This document shows positions 35,353 to 45,577 of a stretch of 64,000 nt of DNA, in pieces. The number at the start of each line of letters is the position of its first letter. Positions within the stretch are counted from its first letter, which is position 1. Under the pieces are notes generated by a model that was not told the DNA's origin, did not search any database, and was given only the letters and a program-made list of their open reading frames with translations. This DNA is from Naegleria gruberi (lineage: Eukaryota): the NCBI GenBank assembly GCA_000004985.1, contig GG738904.1; one strand, written 5' to 3'. Made by a program: the position numbers and the translations under genes.

Positions 35353-35721
35353 CTAGTTTCGAATCAATTGTTGGAAAGGACTCTTATCAGTGTTTTCTTT
35401 CATGGTTGACCTAGGTGATGATGAGAATTTGTATCGTCTAATTGGTTGTTGTTGGGCTGGAGGAGACGAATCATTTTGTGGAAATTGGACGAAACTTGCT
35501 TTGGCAGGAAAGGGATTTTGAATTGGTTGGAGAAAAACCTTGCTAGGCGACGGTGGCAAAAGATGTTTTGGAGAGGGAGATTGAGTTTCGAATAGTTTCT
35601 TGGGAGGTAATTGAAACGAAACTCTTGAAATTGAATTCACCCCAGTAGATTCTTCTTGATCGTTATTCATAATTTCAGGAATCTCTACCAGAGACTCATA
35701 ATACGATGCAGCAGAACCCAT
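35353..35721 (-). CDS. small proline-rich protein with N-myristoylation-type start (MGSAASY)
   Basis: 122-aa ORF. M-G-x-x-x-S N-terminus. P/S/Q-rich. No domain. Confidence 0.25.
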   Translation of the reverse strand: MGSAASYYESLVEIPEIMNNDQEESTGVNSISRVSFQLPPKKLFETQSPSPKHLLPPSPSKVFLQPIQNPFPAKASFVQFPQNDSSPPAQQQPIRRYKFSSSPRSTMKENTDKSPFQQLIRN

Positions 35722-36153
35722 TCTTAATATTCGAAACTAATCTATATTTAGTTGACTTCAGTTTGGTGTGGACTCGCAAACACCTCAATTCTTGTCGTTT
35801 TATTTTTTTTTGATTTGTGGTTTAACAGCAAAACTTTAAATTCCAATTAAGGCTATTTTGAATATGTTCACTTTTGGCGGGAGATGTGAATCCAAGCTTA
35901 ACATATCTTATTAAAATAACAACTCTGGATAGAGATGATGGTGAGAGATAACTTTGGTTTATATGAAATATTATTCCCACTCAACAATATTATTCCCCAT
36001 TGGATTTATTAAAGTTTTGTAAATCGAAACTTCTTATTAAGAAAAATTGAAATGTTAACATGATTAAAAAATTTCAATTTTAGAATGAAATTCAATCTCT
36101 CTCGTATCCATGAAAAATTCAACAATTTCGAAAAGATTGAGCGAATCGTTTTA

Positions 36154-37476
36154 TTACATGAAATTCGAATACCTTTCAAATTCCCAATCAGTCACACAAT
36201 GATGCACATATTTATCCCATTCTGCTCTCTTAGCCATCTTGAACATGTTGAAATTATGCTCCAGGAAAACTTCCTTCATGAGTGGATCCTTTTCAAATTC
36301 CTTAATGGCTTCCAATAAATTTTCAGGTAATAGTTCGAGACCTTCCTTCTTCAATTCCTCATCCGAATAGTCAAAGACATTGTCTGTTCTGGCAGGTGGT
36401 GCTTCCAATTGATCTTCCATGCCTTGAACACCAGCAGCAATTAAGACACTAAATAAAAGATAGGGATTGGAGAGGAGATCTGGTGAACGAATCTCAACTG
36501 CAGCATCATTGGCACTGGTAAAGAGTGGAACTCTCAATAGGGCAGTTCTATTCTTGTATCCCCAACAGGCAATGGTTGGAGCTTCAAATCCATTCACCAA
36601 TCTCTTATAGGAATTGATGGTTGGATTGGCAATGGCTGTAATTCCCTTCACATGTTTCAAAATGCCGGCAACGTAGGATTTTCCTTGAGCTCCCAATTCA
36701 TCTTGAGCTCCTTCAAAGTTACCAAAGGCGTTGATTTCCTTTCCAGTTTCGTCTTGCTTGAACATTCTCATGTGAATATGTTGTCCACTTCCAGCTTGAT
36801 CTCTGAATGGTTTTGGCATGAAATTAATTTCCAATCCATGTCTGTCAGCAATCACATGAGACAATGACTTGAACATGACCAAATTATCAGCTTGTTTCAA
36901 CAAATCAACATGATTCATTTCAATTTCGTATTGACCTATTCCACATTCGTGATGCAAAACTTGAACTGGAATATTCAATCGTCTACATTCCAAAGAAAGG
37001 TCCATAATGAAAGCTTGTCCCTTAGCAAATGGATACATGGTTGAATATTTACATTGATCGAGTGGTTTTCTAGTTTCCTTATCTAACAAGTAGAATTCAG
37101 GTTCAATCTTGAATGTCATTCTTCTATTCTTTGCTGTCAAATACTTTTCAACAGTTCTTTCCAAGATATATCTACAATCAGAATCAAAATGAGCTCCAGA
37201 ATCTTTACCAACAACGTGGCACAAGACAACAATTCTTCTCATTGGCTTTTTTAACATTGGACAATTGACAGATTCAGGATTTGGATTGGAAATCATTGAA
37301 ATTGGAGGTAATTCAAAGATTGCTTTTGGATCTGGTCTCAAACGAAGATCACTCTGATTAACCAATGCAAATCCAACTGAAGATCCATCAATGGAAGCTC
37401 CTTTCTTCATGCAATCATCTTGTAATAATTCTTCAATGGTGATTGGTGGTGGATTTGAGAGAGTTGGAGTGGTCAT
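36154..37476 (-). CDS. glutamine synthetase, GSI (prokaryote-type) family
   Basis: 440 aa. The catalytic-domain signature is HMRMFK...NPTINSYKRLVNGFEAPTIACWGYKNRTALLRVP. The N-terminal beta-grasp region is present. ATG at 37476. Confidence 0.8.
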   Translation of the reverse strand: MTTPTLSNPPPITIEELLQDDCMKKGASIDGSSVGFALVNQSDLRLRPDPKAIFELPPISMISNPNPESVNCPMLKKPMRRIVVLCHVVGKDSGAHFDSDCRYILERTVEKYLTAKNRRMTFKIEPEFYLLDKETRKPLDQCKYSTMYPFAKGQAFIMDLSLECRRLNIPVQVLHHECGIGQYEIEMNHVDLLKQADNLVMFKSLSHVIADRHGLEINFMPKPFRDQAGSGQHIHMRMFKQDETGKEINAFGNFEGAQDELGAQGKSYVAGILKHVKGITAIANPTINSYKRLVNGFEAPTIACWGYKNRTALLRVPLFTSANDAAVEIRSPDLLSNPYLLFSVLIAAGVQGMEDQLEAPPARTDNVFDYSDEELKKEGLELLPENLLEAIKEFEKDPLMKEVFLEHNFNMFKMAKRAEWDKYVHHCVTDWEFERYSNFM

Positions 37477-38121
37477 ACAGTGTAATTTACCATGATTATC
37501 GACGAAACTGATGTCAATTCATTGGAAAATTGATTCAATTTCATTAAAACAACGTCATTAAAGATACCGATTGTAAAGCATTGAATTCAAGTGAAGGTGT
37601 GAAGGACTCTTACGCATTTTCGATAAAGTAAATTGGTTCGTTAGGGAGGTAGGTGGAGGCCATTTCGTTGATTTTTTTCTATTTGAAAATGTAAAAATTT
37701 TCATTAATTACTACTATTTATGGATCCCAAATTGAGAATTTCCTATTTTGTCTCTGACAATGACGGAACCATTTCTGGTATTGTAACTGCAGAGATGATA
37801 ATTGATTGTTTCTTTGCAAATAAATAAATTGAATGTTGCAATACATAAAAAATATAATTGGTAAAAATAATATTGAAAATAATATTAAATTATTTAATTT
37901 TGCGATTGTTTACTTTTTTGGCATATTGAAAAATATTATATTCAGGAGAAATTACAAAATTGAAAGTGCAAAATATCATTCTCATAATCTCAAGTTATGA
38001 AATTATCAAATTAATTAAATGACTTCATCTGAGCAATTTCACGTGTTTGGTAATTATCCAAAAATGGAAAGATAATAAATTTGAACGAAAGGAGAGGAAA
38101 ATTGATAGCAAGAAGAAAAAA

Positions 38122-38670
38122 ATGAATAGTCTGCTATCAAAGTCTTTCAAATTGATGCAAAGATGTTCTTCCAAACAACAAGTGCGGAGATTATTTTCAA
38201 TGTCACTTGTCCACAGAAATGACACACCAGTAATTATTGAAGATGAAGAAAAATCATATGCATTACCAGTCATGTTTCGAAACGTTCTTGAGGATGACAT
38301 TTCAAAATCTTCTAATCAATCTGTGGATATGAATTTAACTAACGAAATTATGGATCACAATTTCACAATGTTTGATATGATTGGCGACAAGGAATTACTA
38401 TGCAAACAAGCAATTGTTTGGTTGAATTTCCACTCTGATAAGACAGTTAAGGATTTGGAAGTATATTTAAGGGATTGTCTCAAATTAAACCATTGTAAAC
38501 TTAAATTTGATGCAAAATCTAAAAAATTAACAATTTCAGAAAAGGAAGGAAATTCATCAAAATCAATCTTTTTCAAGGATACTACAATTGAATCATCCCA
38601 TGAAAAGATGGATGGCATGAGTGTTCTTTCAAGGTGTAAAGCATATCCAATGTTCTCATTCATGGATTGA
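38122..38670 (+). CDS. hypothetical protein
   Basis: ORF 38047..38670. The first ATG is at 38122 in an aaaaaaaATG context. No domain recognised. Confidence 0.35.
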   Translation: MNSLLSKSFKLMQRCSSKQQVRRLFSMSLVHRNDTPVIIEDEEKSYALPVMFRNVLEDDISKSSNQSVDMNLTNEIMDHNFTMFDMIGDKELLCKQAIVWLNFHSDKTVKDLEVYLRDCLKLNHCKLKFDAKSKKLTISEKEGNSSKSIFFKDTTIESSHEKMDGMSVLSRCKAYPMFSFMD

Positions 38671-39214
38671 GAATTTCAATTTTCCTAACATTCCTGTAAA
38701 TAAACTTTGTAATCATATTCGACATCAATCTAGCTTTAAAAATTAATTCTATTTAATTTCAATTTTGTTTTTTGTCGTCCTGGGTGGGTATCTATCAGAT
38801 CATCCCTCATCAATACCATCTCCAATTATGAATCAATCACAAGTTTTTACTAATATTGTCGTGAGTAATCTAACACATCTTTTGTACTATCGAACGATCT
38901 TTGCATTCGGGTGTAATAAATTAAAATTCTTCATCGTGTTGTCTTTTTTATGAATTTGATGCGGGTTTAAAATCCAAAGCCATCATCATTTTGTTAATTA
39001 TTAATTTTTTTTAAAATTAAAATTAAAAAAACAAGAATGTTCTCTTCATATTCTTAACAACCATAGTCGGAGGCCATTATTAATTTCTCATAATTGATAT
39101 TAGAGCATTATCATCATCAATTTAACTAGCCATATTGTTTCAGTATTATTTGTAATTTTTGGCAATAATTTAATGTATTAGTGCCCATACATCATCCATA
39201 AATTACAAATGATT

Positions 39215-40210
39215 GTTTTCGGAATGTACAAAGAAAAACCGGATTAAACCTTAGATTGACTAGTTTGAGTATAGGTAGTAGTATTAGTATTAGTTGTTGT
39301 TGTGTCTTGTTCGGATTGATTTCTATTGAAAAAATCAAAGGAAGGATGATATAAACACATGACCAAAATTGAAAATATTAAAATTCCCAAACAATTCAAA
39401 AAATCATAAAACAATGATGAATAATTCCAGACAAAACTAACAGCACCCAATCCAACTGCAATAATTTGAAAAAATGTTGAAAATATCAAAACTGAAAGCA
39501 AAATGATAATTTTCAAAATGGGTTGTTTCCATGAATAGGATTGAGATTGATCTTTGAATTGTTTTCTTGTCTTGTTGAGGAGTATAATCACTCTTGAAAA
39601 CACAATCTATTCATTATTTCAAAATAATTTTAGTTTTCATAATTTGCATTTAGAATTATGAGAATGTTAAATGAAAACTTACTGAAATTGCAATTGTTTG
39701 AACAATTAATTGAATTGCAAAGAATGCGAAACAAGCAATCACGAATATGAACAATATATCATCAGCATATGGTATCCCAACAGTTTCTGTTGTCAATGTA
39801 CTATTCCTGTTTATCATAACATCTTGATAGAGTTGATCTGTTTCATTCACATTATTCACTTTCAAATAATTGTGAAATCGTTCAACAATGGAAATATTAC
39901 AAAAAGTATAAGCAGTTCTTGCACACAATGCCAATGTTTGAACAATCAACAATGTATTCACGAGAATGAGAACAATTCTCTGAGCCTTCCTCAATGTCTT
40001 CCAAGTTTGATTCCTCACAATGAAAATAATCATGACAAGAATGAGTGAAATGAACAACAAGATGAAGAGAAAGGAAATCGATTGATCTATAGCACTCAAC
40101 AGAGTATCATCAAAATCATCAATAGTAAACACTGGAGAGGAGACATTGTTGGTAGAAGATGACGTTTCGTTTACCTGGTAGTTTACTAGAAGAGCTAGTT
40201 CGGCAAGTTT
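39215..40210. repeat. inverted segmental duplication, arm A
   Basis: High nucleotide identity to 44125..45350 in the opposite orientation. Homology ends about 30 nt past the stop codon on one side and near the start of the coding region on the other. Confidence 0.7.
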
Positions 40211-40225
40211 TCCAACAGAATGCAT
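39244..40225 (-). CDS. multi-pass membrane protein, duplicate copy A (5 predicted TM); two exons
   Basis: Exon 1 is 40225..39683 (ATG MHSVGKL). The intron is 39607..39682 (76 nt, GTAAGT...AATAG, phase 0). Exon 2 is 39606..39244. It is near-identical to the copy at 44110..45334, except for an in-frame deletion of about 243 nt that removes two TM helices. Confidence 0.5.
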
Positions 40226-40956
40226 CTTTGTTTGTTTTTTTCTTTTGTGATTAGTGAAGTATGACAACGTTACAGGAATGAAAACGAATAACAATTTGAG
40301 AGATATGGATTACTAATTGGAAGAATAGTTGCAACTAACAAATATAGAAAATATTTCCTTGAAATATTTGCAAACCCCGAAGCACTCCAGAAATATTCAC
40401 AAATTCAAAAGTTAATTGTTTCTTTCAATCGATAATTATGAAGTTGCAGGTAGAAACAAGCTCTCTGCAACTGGTACTTTTCGGCAAGGAGTTATCTCGA
40501 AAAAAATGGAAGAAACCACCAGTTAAATAGTTCAATAAGGATGTACCAGAGAAGTAAGATTCAGTGATGCAATTCTATGACTACTACACTATCTAGATTT
40601 TCCCAAAAAACAATGTCTGCAAATGAGCCTGCTAGAGTTGACAGACTAGAAATATTTGCTGTAAACTCATCGAATCTTCAGTTTGAAAACATAGAGAGGG
40701 TAAACAAGCTAATTATTACAAAAAGAAATCTCAAAACTTCTATTTTCCAATTATTTACTCATTTCCTTTTGGTAAAGGATATTTGGCAATGGATTATGAA
40801 AATAATCTTGATAATTTAGTTTCATTCTTTCCATTTATGGATCAAGTTCGAAGGTTTCGTATGTCCAACCTGTTGGACTTTAGCAATGAGAAATAGAGCG
40901 CCAACGTATTGTGTTCAACACAGAGATACCACAGAACTTGGATTTATTCAAAAAAA

Positions 40957-43475
40957 ATGCAAAGACTAAACTTTATTAGAATCCTTTGCTGCTACTTGCT
41001 TACAACAATAATCTTCATGTCAACATGTGTTGTTGAATGTAGAAACATGCATGTCATTGACAAACAAAGTCAATTGCGAGATATATCACAACCTTTCACT
41101 GTGGTTTCTATTCGAAAGTATTACACAAGTTTCGTCAATCATTTGGCACCAATTATGACCTCTGGAGTGGAATTTCTTTCAGATAGTCGACCTCTCCAAG
41201 AATATTTCAATGTTTACTGCGTTTATACTTCAGTTTTCAGCAGTGGAAATTTGGCGCCAAATGACAATTCCATATTAAGTAATCTCAACTCTTCTATTTG
41301 TTCAAGTATAAATCATTTAGACGATTCCAACATGCCAATCGATGCTGCCCATAACAGTTATCTTGTTCTGAACCAAGAACCTTCCATCATCTTCTCCCCA
41401 AATAGTTTACTTCCACTTTGGTCAATTATCTTGAAAAATGCAATGGTTGACCAGACGATGAGGTATAAAGTTTGGAATTATTCGATTTCTGAAACGTTTA
41501 CAATGTATGCACTGTATGATAAAGCAACAAGTATGGAATATGTGTTGGATAGCGATCTAGTTTCGAATAGGGAAGGAATTGTAAAAGAATTGGAAGAGGA
41601 AATATGGAACGATTGTAAATTATTCGAAAGAGTGTACGAAATTCAAATGAGAGAAGGTTTAGGATTGGGATTTTCGTCAATCTCCATTTCTGAAAATAGG
41701 ATTTGCAATGAAACATTACAAAATTCAACATTTATGGAAGAATATCATCAAGCAATTTTGAGAATTGATTTATACTTGAATTTAATGTTGAATTATTCGA
41801 ATCTTGTGAATACTACTGGAAGTTTAACTCAAATGCTTCCAAGTTCCACTTTCTATTTTATGGATAATCTTATTGCTACCTTTAATCCAACCTTTCTAGT
41901 GGAAGCTATTCGAAATGTTTTACAAAATGGAGGATTTAACACATATTTGTCCTATTCGAAACCTTCCTCGAACTATGATATGGAATACTTCTCCATGCTT
42001 CAAAAATCAGATCTGAAACCAGTTTCTCAACTCATGATTCATCCAAATTGTTTCTGCTATTACAACTTGTATGCCTCTCAATATTATTTCAGAGATTCTT
42101 ACCTTCTCAAACTAATCTTCAATGATATAATCTATTTTGGAATATTTTTTATTGGAGTTTTCATCTTCCTCTTTAATTGTGTGAGTTACTGCTTGGATTG
42201 TAAACTTTTTGTAAAGAAGAGAATTCTCCTTCCCTTATTAGGACCTCCAACGTTGATTGTAATCTCAGCATGTTACACTGTATTTTTGAGATCGAAATTT
42301 TCAGTGGCCACTTATTGGATTCTTGTGATTATTGCTGTTTTTCCTGCTCCAATTCTAATTGGTACTTATTTAGTTTCCTTATTTAGATTTTCCTATTGAA
42401 AAATATGGATTTGTGGCAGAAAAAGATTTTCAAATCACCCAAAATTCAGAAACACTTGGCTTCCACATGTACTTCAATGGTATTTTCCATAATTACAACC
42501 TTAATTGTCCTTGTCATTTGTTTGGCACCGATTGTCACTACTTCTGTGGCTATTTTGTTTAGTTCCGCAAATATTCCACAAGAATTGTTTATTCTATTGA
42601 TGGGATTTGAAGTTCTCTTCATGCTATTGTTTGCATTGATATTTTTCATAGTTGACTTGATCAATACTGGAGCTGCAATGATTAAGAGGAAAGGTTTAGG
42701 ATATTATTTCTTCTATGATGATCCTTTCTATTACAGAATTGACTTGTTTATCATGATCTTAATGATGGGATCTGTCATTCCAATCATTGTTGGTTCAGTT
42801 GAGGATGGAACTCCCTATTTCATTGTTCGAAAGGTCTTTACAGTAGTTTTCTTTGTCATGTTCTATGCAATCATTGGTGGAACTGTGACAATTGCTCACT
42901 GGATCAACAAGTTCAGAAGACTGAAATCCAAATACAGAAATGCACAAGTTACCACATTGGAATCATTCTTGGAAGATCAGCAATTTAGAGAAATGTTTCG
43001 AACCTATTCCAAAAATGAATTTTCATTGGAAAATATTATCATGTATGAAGAATTGGAAAAGCTAAAAAAGAACAATAAGGTAACCCCTCAGGAATTGAAA
43101 TCTCTTCAAGAGAAATTCCTCCTTTCATCCTCTGTTCATGAAGTTAATTATCCATCGGCAGTTAAGAAGAACTTTCAAGAATTATTGGATTCGTATAAGG
43201 ATGAGGACGTTTCTTCCAATGACAGTGATTCAACCACACAAACAAAATCATCCAATTCCCTTAAACAATCAACAGGACTTCCAAAGAAGGGAACTGTTAT
43301 GTTGGAAAAGATGTTAGAATTGGTCATGCCAGAATTATTGAAAAACATGTTTGACACATTTTCTCGCTTAAAGACAACACCTGAATTTGGGCATTGGTTT
43401 GAGATGAAGCAAATACAGACAACAGAATTGGGAGAGGAACAACACCAAGAACAACCAAAAGATGAGAAAGTTTAA
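40957..43475 (+). CDS. large-ectodomain 7TM receptor-RGS fusion protein (apparent frameshift at about 42390-42400)
   Basis: ATG at 40957 gives the signal peptide MQRLNFIRILCCYLLTTIIFMSTCVVEC. The ectodomain is about 390 aa. There are 3 TM helices at the end of ORF 40909..42399 and 4 TM helices at the start of ORF 42396..43475, which makes 7TM. The C-terminal RGS domain reads LESFLEDQQFREMFRTYSKNEFSLENIIMYEELEKLKK...NYPSAVKKNFQELL. The two ORFs overlap by only 4 nt next to an AAAAA run. No intron of plausible size fits, so this is a 1-nt indel, either an assembly error or a pseudogene. Confidence 0.5.
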
Positions 43476-43699
43476 AAACAGCTTAATCCAATAAAAATAA
43501 CATCTCAAAGTATGGGCAGAAATCCTGTATTGTTGGATTTGTTCTCTATTCCAAGTCTACCTTGAATTTTAACCTTTTTCCTTCCTGAATGATGGATTGT
43601 TCACCAAAATGTCTTAAAATTGAACCATATTCAATTCATCACACTCAATATTTCGAGGTAAACACGTTAATGAGGAAATAAGATTCAAACTATTGTGCT

Positions 43700-43770
43700 C
43701 GTCTCGTGGTGTAATGGTAGCATAGTGGACTTTGAATCCATTGACGGAGGTTCGATTCCTCCCGAGACGG
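43700..43770 (+). tRNA. tRNA-Gln (anticodon TTG)
   Basis: CGTCTCGTGGTGTAATGGTAGCATAGTGGACTTTGAATCCATTGACGGAGGTTCGATTCCTCCCGAGACGG. The acceptor CGTCTCG/CGAGACG pairs perfectly. The anticodon loop is CTTTGAA. It matches eukaryotic tRNA-Gln-TTG. Confidence 0.85.
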
Positions 43771-44109
43771 TAAACGTGGCGAGCGTAAAAAATTTTGGTT
43801 TTTACAATGTGTAATAGCTCCAGATAAATTAAACAATAACACCAACCAGCTGACGCAGATTAATAACGCATATGGAAAGAGAATAAACCATTGGTTGGCT
43901 ATTATTGTAATGTTTGTTGTTCGGTTCAATGGTTATCTTCTGGAAACCAGTTCCATATTTGGCAAGTTGCAATATTCACACTTATCGAAAAAGTATGAAT
44001 ATCTCTAAAAAAACAGCCGGCTAGCAGCCTTGCAAGGTCATCTAATTGGTTTCCTTTCATTCCAACATTATCACAACAAAAACAAATAACACTGCATTCG
44101 TTAGAAACA

Positions 44110-45334
44110 GTGAAGAAACTTGCCCACCTTTCAAATTTCAAAACTTTTACTGCCACTACTGACGACTCTTCAAATAACAATGTCTCCTCTCCAGTGTTTA
44201 CTATTGATGATTTTGATGATACTCTGTTGAGTGCCATAGATCAGTCGATTTCCTTTCTCTTCATCTTGTTGTTCATTTCACTCATTCTTGTCATGATTAT
44301 TTTCATTGTGAGGAATCAAACTTGGAAGACACTGAGGAAGGCTCAAAGAATTGTTCTCATTCTCGTGAATACATTGTTGATTGTTCAAACATTGGCATTG
44401 TGTGCAAGAACTGCTTATACTTTTTGTAATATTTCCATTGTTGAACGATTTCACAATTATTTGAAAGTGAATAATGTGAATGAAACAGATCAACTCTATC
44501 AAGATGTTATGATCAATAGGAATAGTACATTGACAACAGAAACTGTTGGGATACCATATGCTGATTTAGTGGGAATGTTTTTCTCGAATGGAATTGAAAC
44601 CTTTTTAATACTGTTAGCTCTCTTGGTGATTAATGAAATTGTGCACTACATTTCTCATCTATTCTTCAATCTGATCAAATATTCACAAGGAATATTGAAA
44701 TCAAAGAGAACCAAAATTATCAGAAAGATATTCGATATTTCCTTTTTCATTAGTTCTGGAGTTTTCTTTGTCTTGCTTATTGCAATTTTAGTAATGCTCA
44801 TAATAGTCAAACTGAAAGTAATTGAAGATATATTGTTCATATTCGTGATTGCTTGTTTCGCATTCTTTGCAATTCAATTAATTGTTCAAACAATTGCAAT
44901 TTCAGTAAGTTTTCATTTAACATTCTCATAATTCTAAATGCTAATACTCATTACTCATTTTGAAATTCAAATAGATTGTATTTTCAAGAGTGATTATACT
45001 CCTCAACAAGACAAGAAAACAATTCAAAGATCAATCTCAATCCTATTCATGGAAACAACCCATTCTGAAAATTATCATTTTGCTTTCAGTTTTGATATTT
45101 TCAACATTTTTTCAAATTATTGCAGTTGGATTGGGTGCTGTTAGTTTTGTTTGGAATTATTCATCATTATTTTATGATTTTTTGAATTGTTTGGGAATTT
45201 TAATATTTTCAATTTTGGTCATGTGTTTATATCATCCTTCCTTTGATTTTTTCAATAGAAATCAATCCGAACAAGACACAACAAATACTAATACCGATAC
45301 TAACAATACTCAAACTAGTCAATCTAAGGTTTAA
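44110..45334 (+). CDS. multi-pass membrane protein, duplicate copy B (7 predicted TM); two exons, start codon unresolved
   Basis: Exon 1 runs to 44904. The intron is 44905..44974 (70 nt, GTAAGT...AAATAG, phase 0). Exon 2 is 44975..45334. The reading frame stays open upstream to 43999 without any ATG, and the position homologous to copy A's ATG is CTG. So the start has either been lost or lies in an unseen upstream exon. Confidence 0.45.
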
Positions 45335-45350
45335 TCCGGTTTTTCTTTGT
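44125..45350. repeat. inverted segmental duplication, arm B
   Basis: Partner of 39215..40210. It carries an extra 243-nt coding segment that arm A lacks. Confidence 0.7.
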
Positions 45351-45577
45351 ACAATCTTCCTTATGGTAGAATATGTTCCAAAAATTACTATTAATACTAT
45401 TATTTAAATCATGATGAGATGATGTGGTGAAATTCTTGGAGTTAACAGATGTGAAACTACTCCAACAATCAACAGGGTCGGGTTGCCAATATTTTGGTGT
45501 AATTTTTTCATATGAACAATCCAAAATAGGAATTTATTATTATTTAAAATAATTTAAAAATTGCAATTTAAAAAAAA

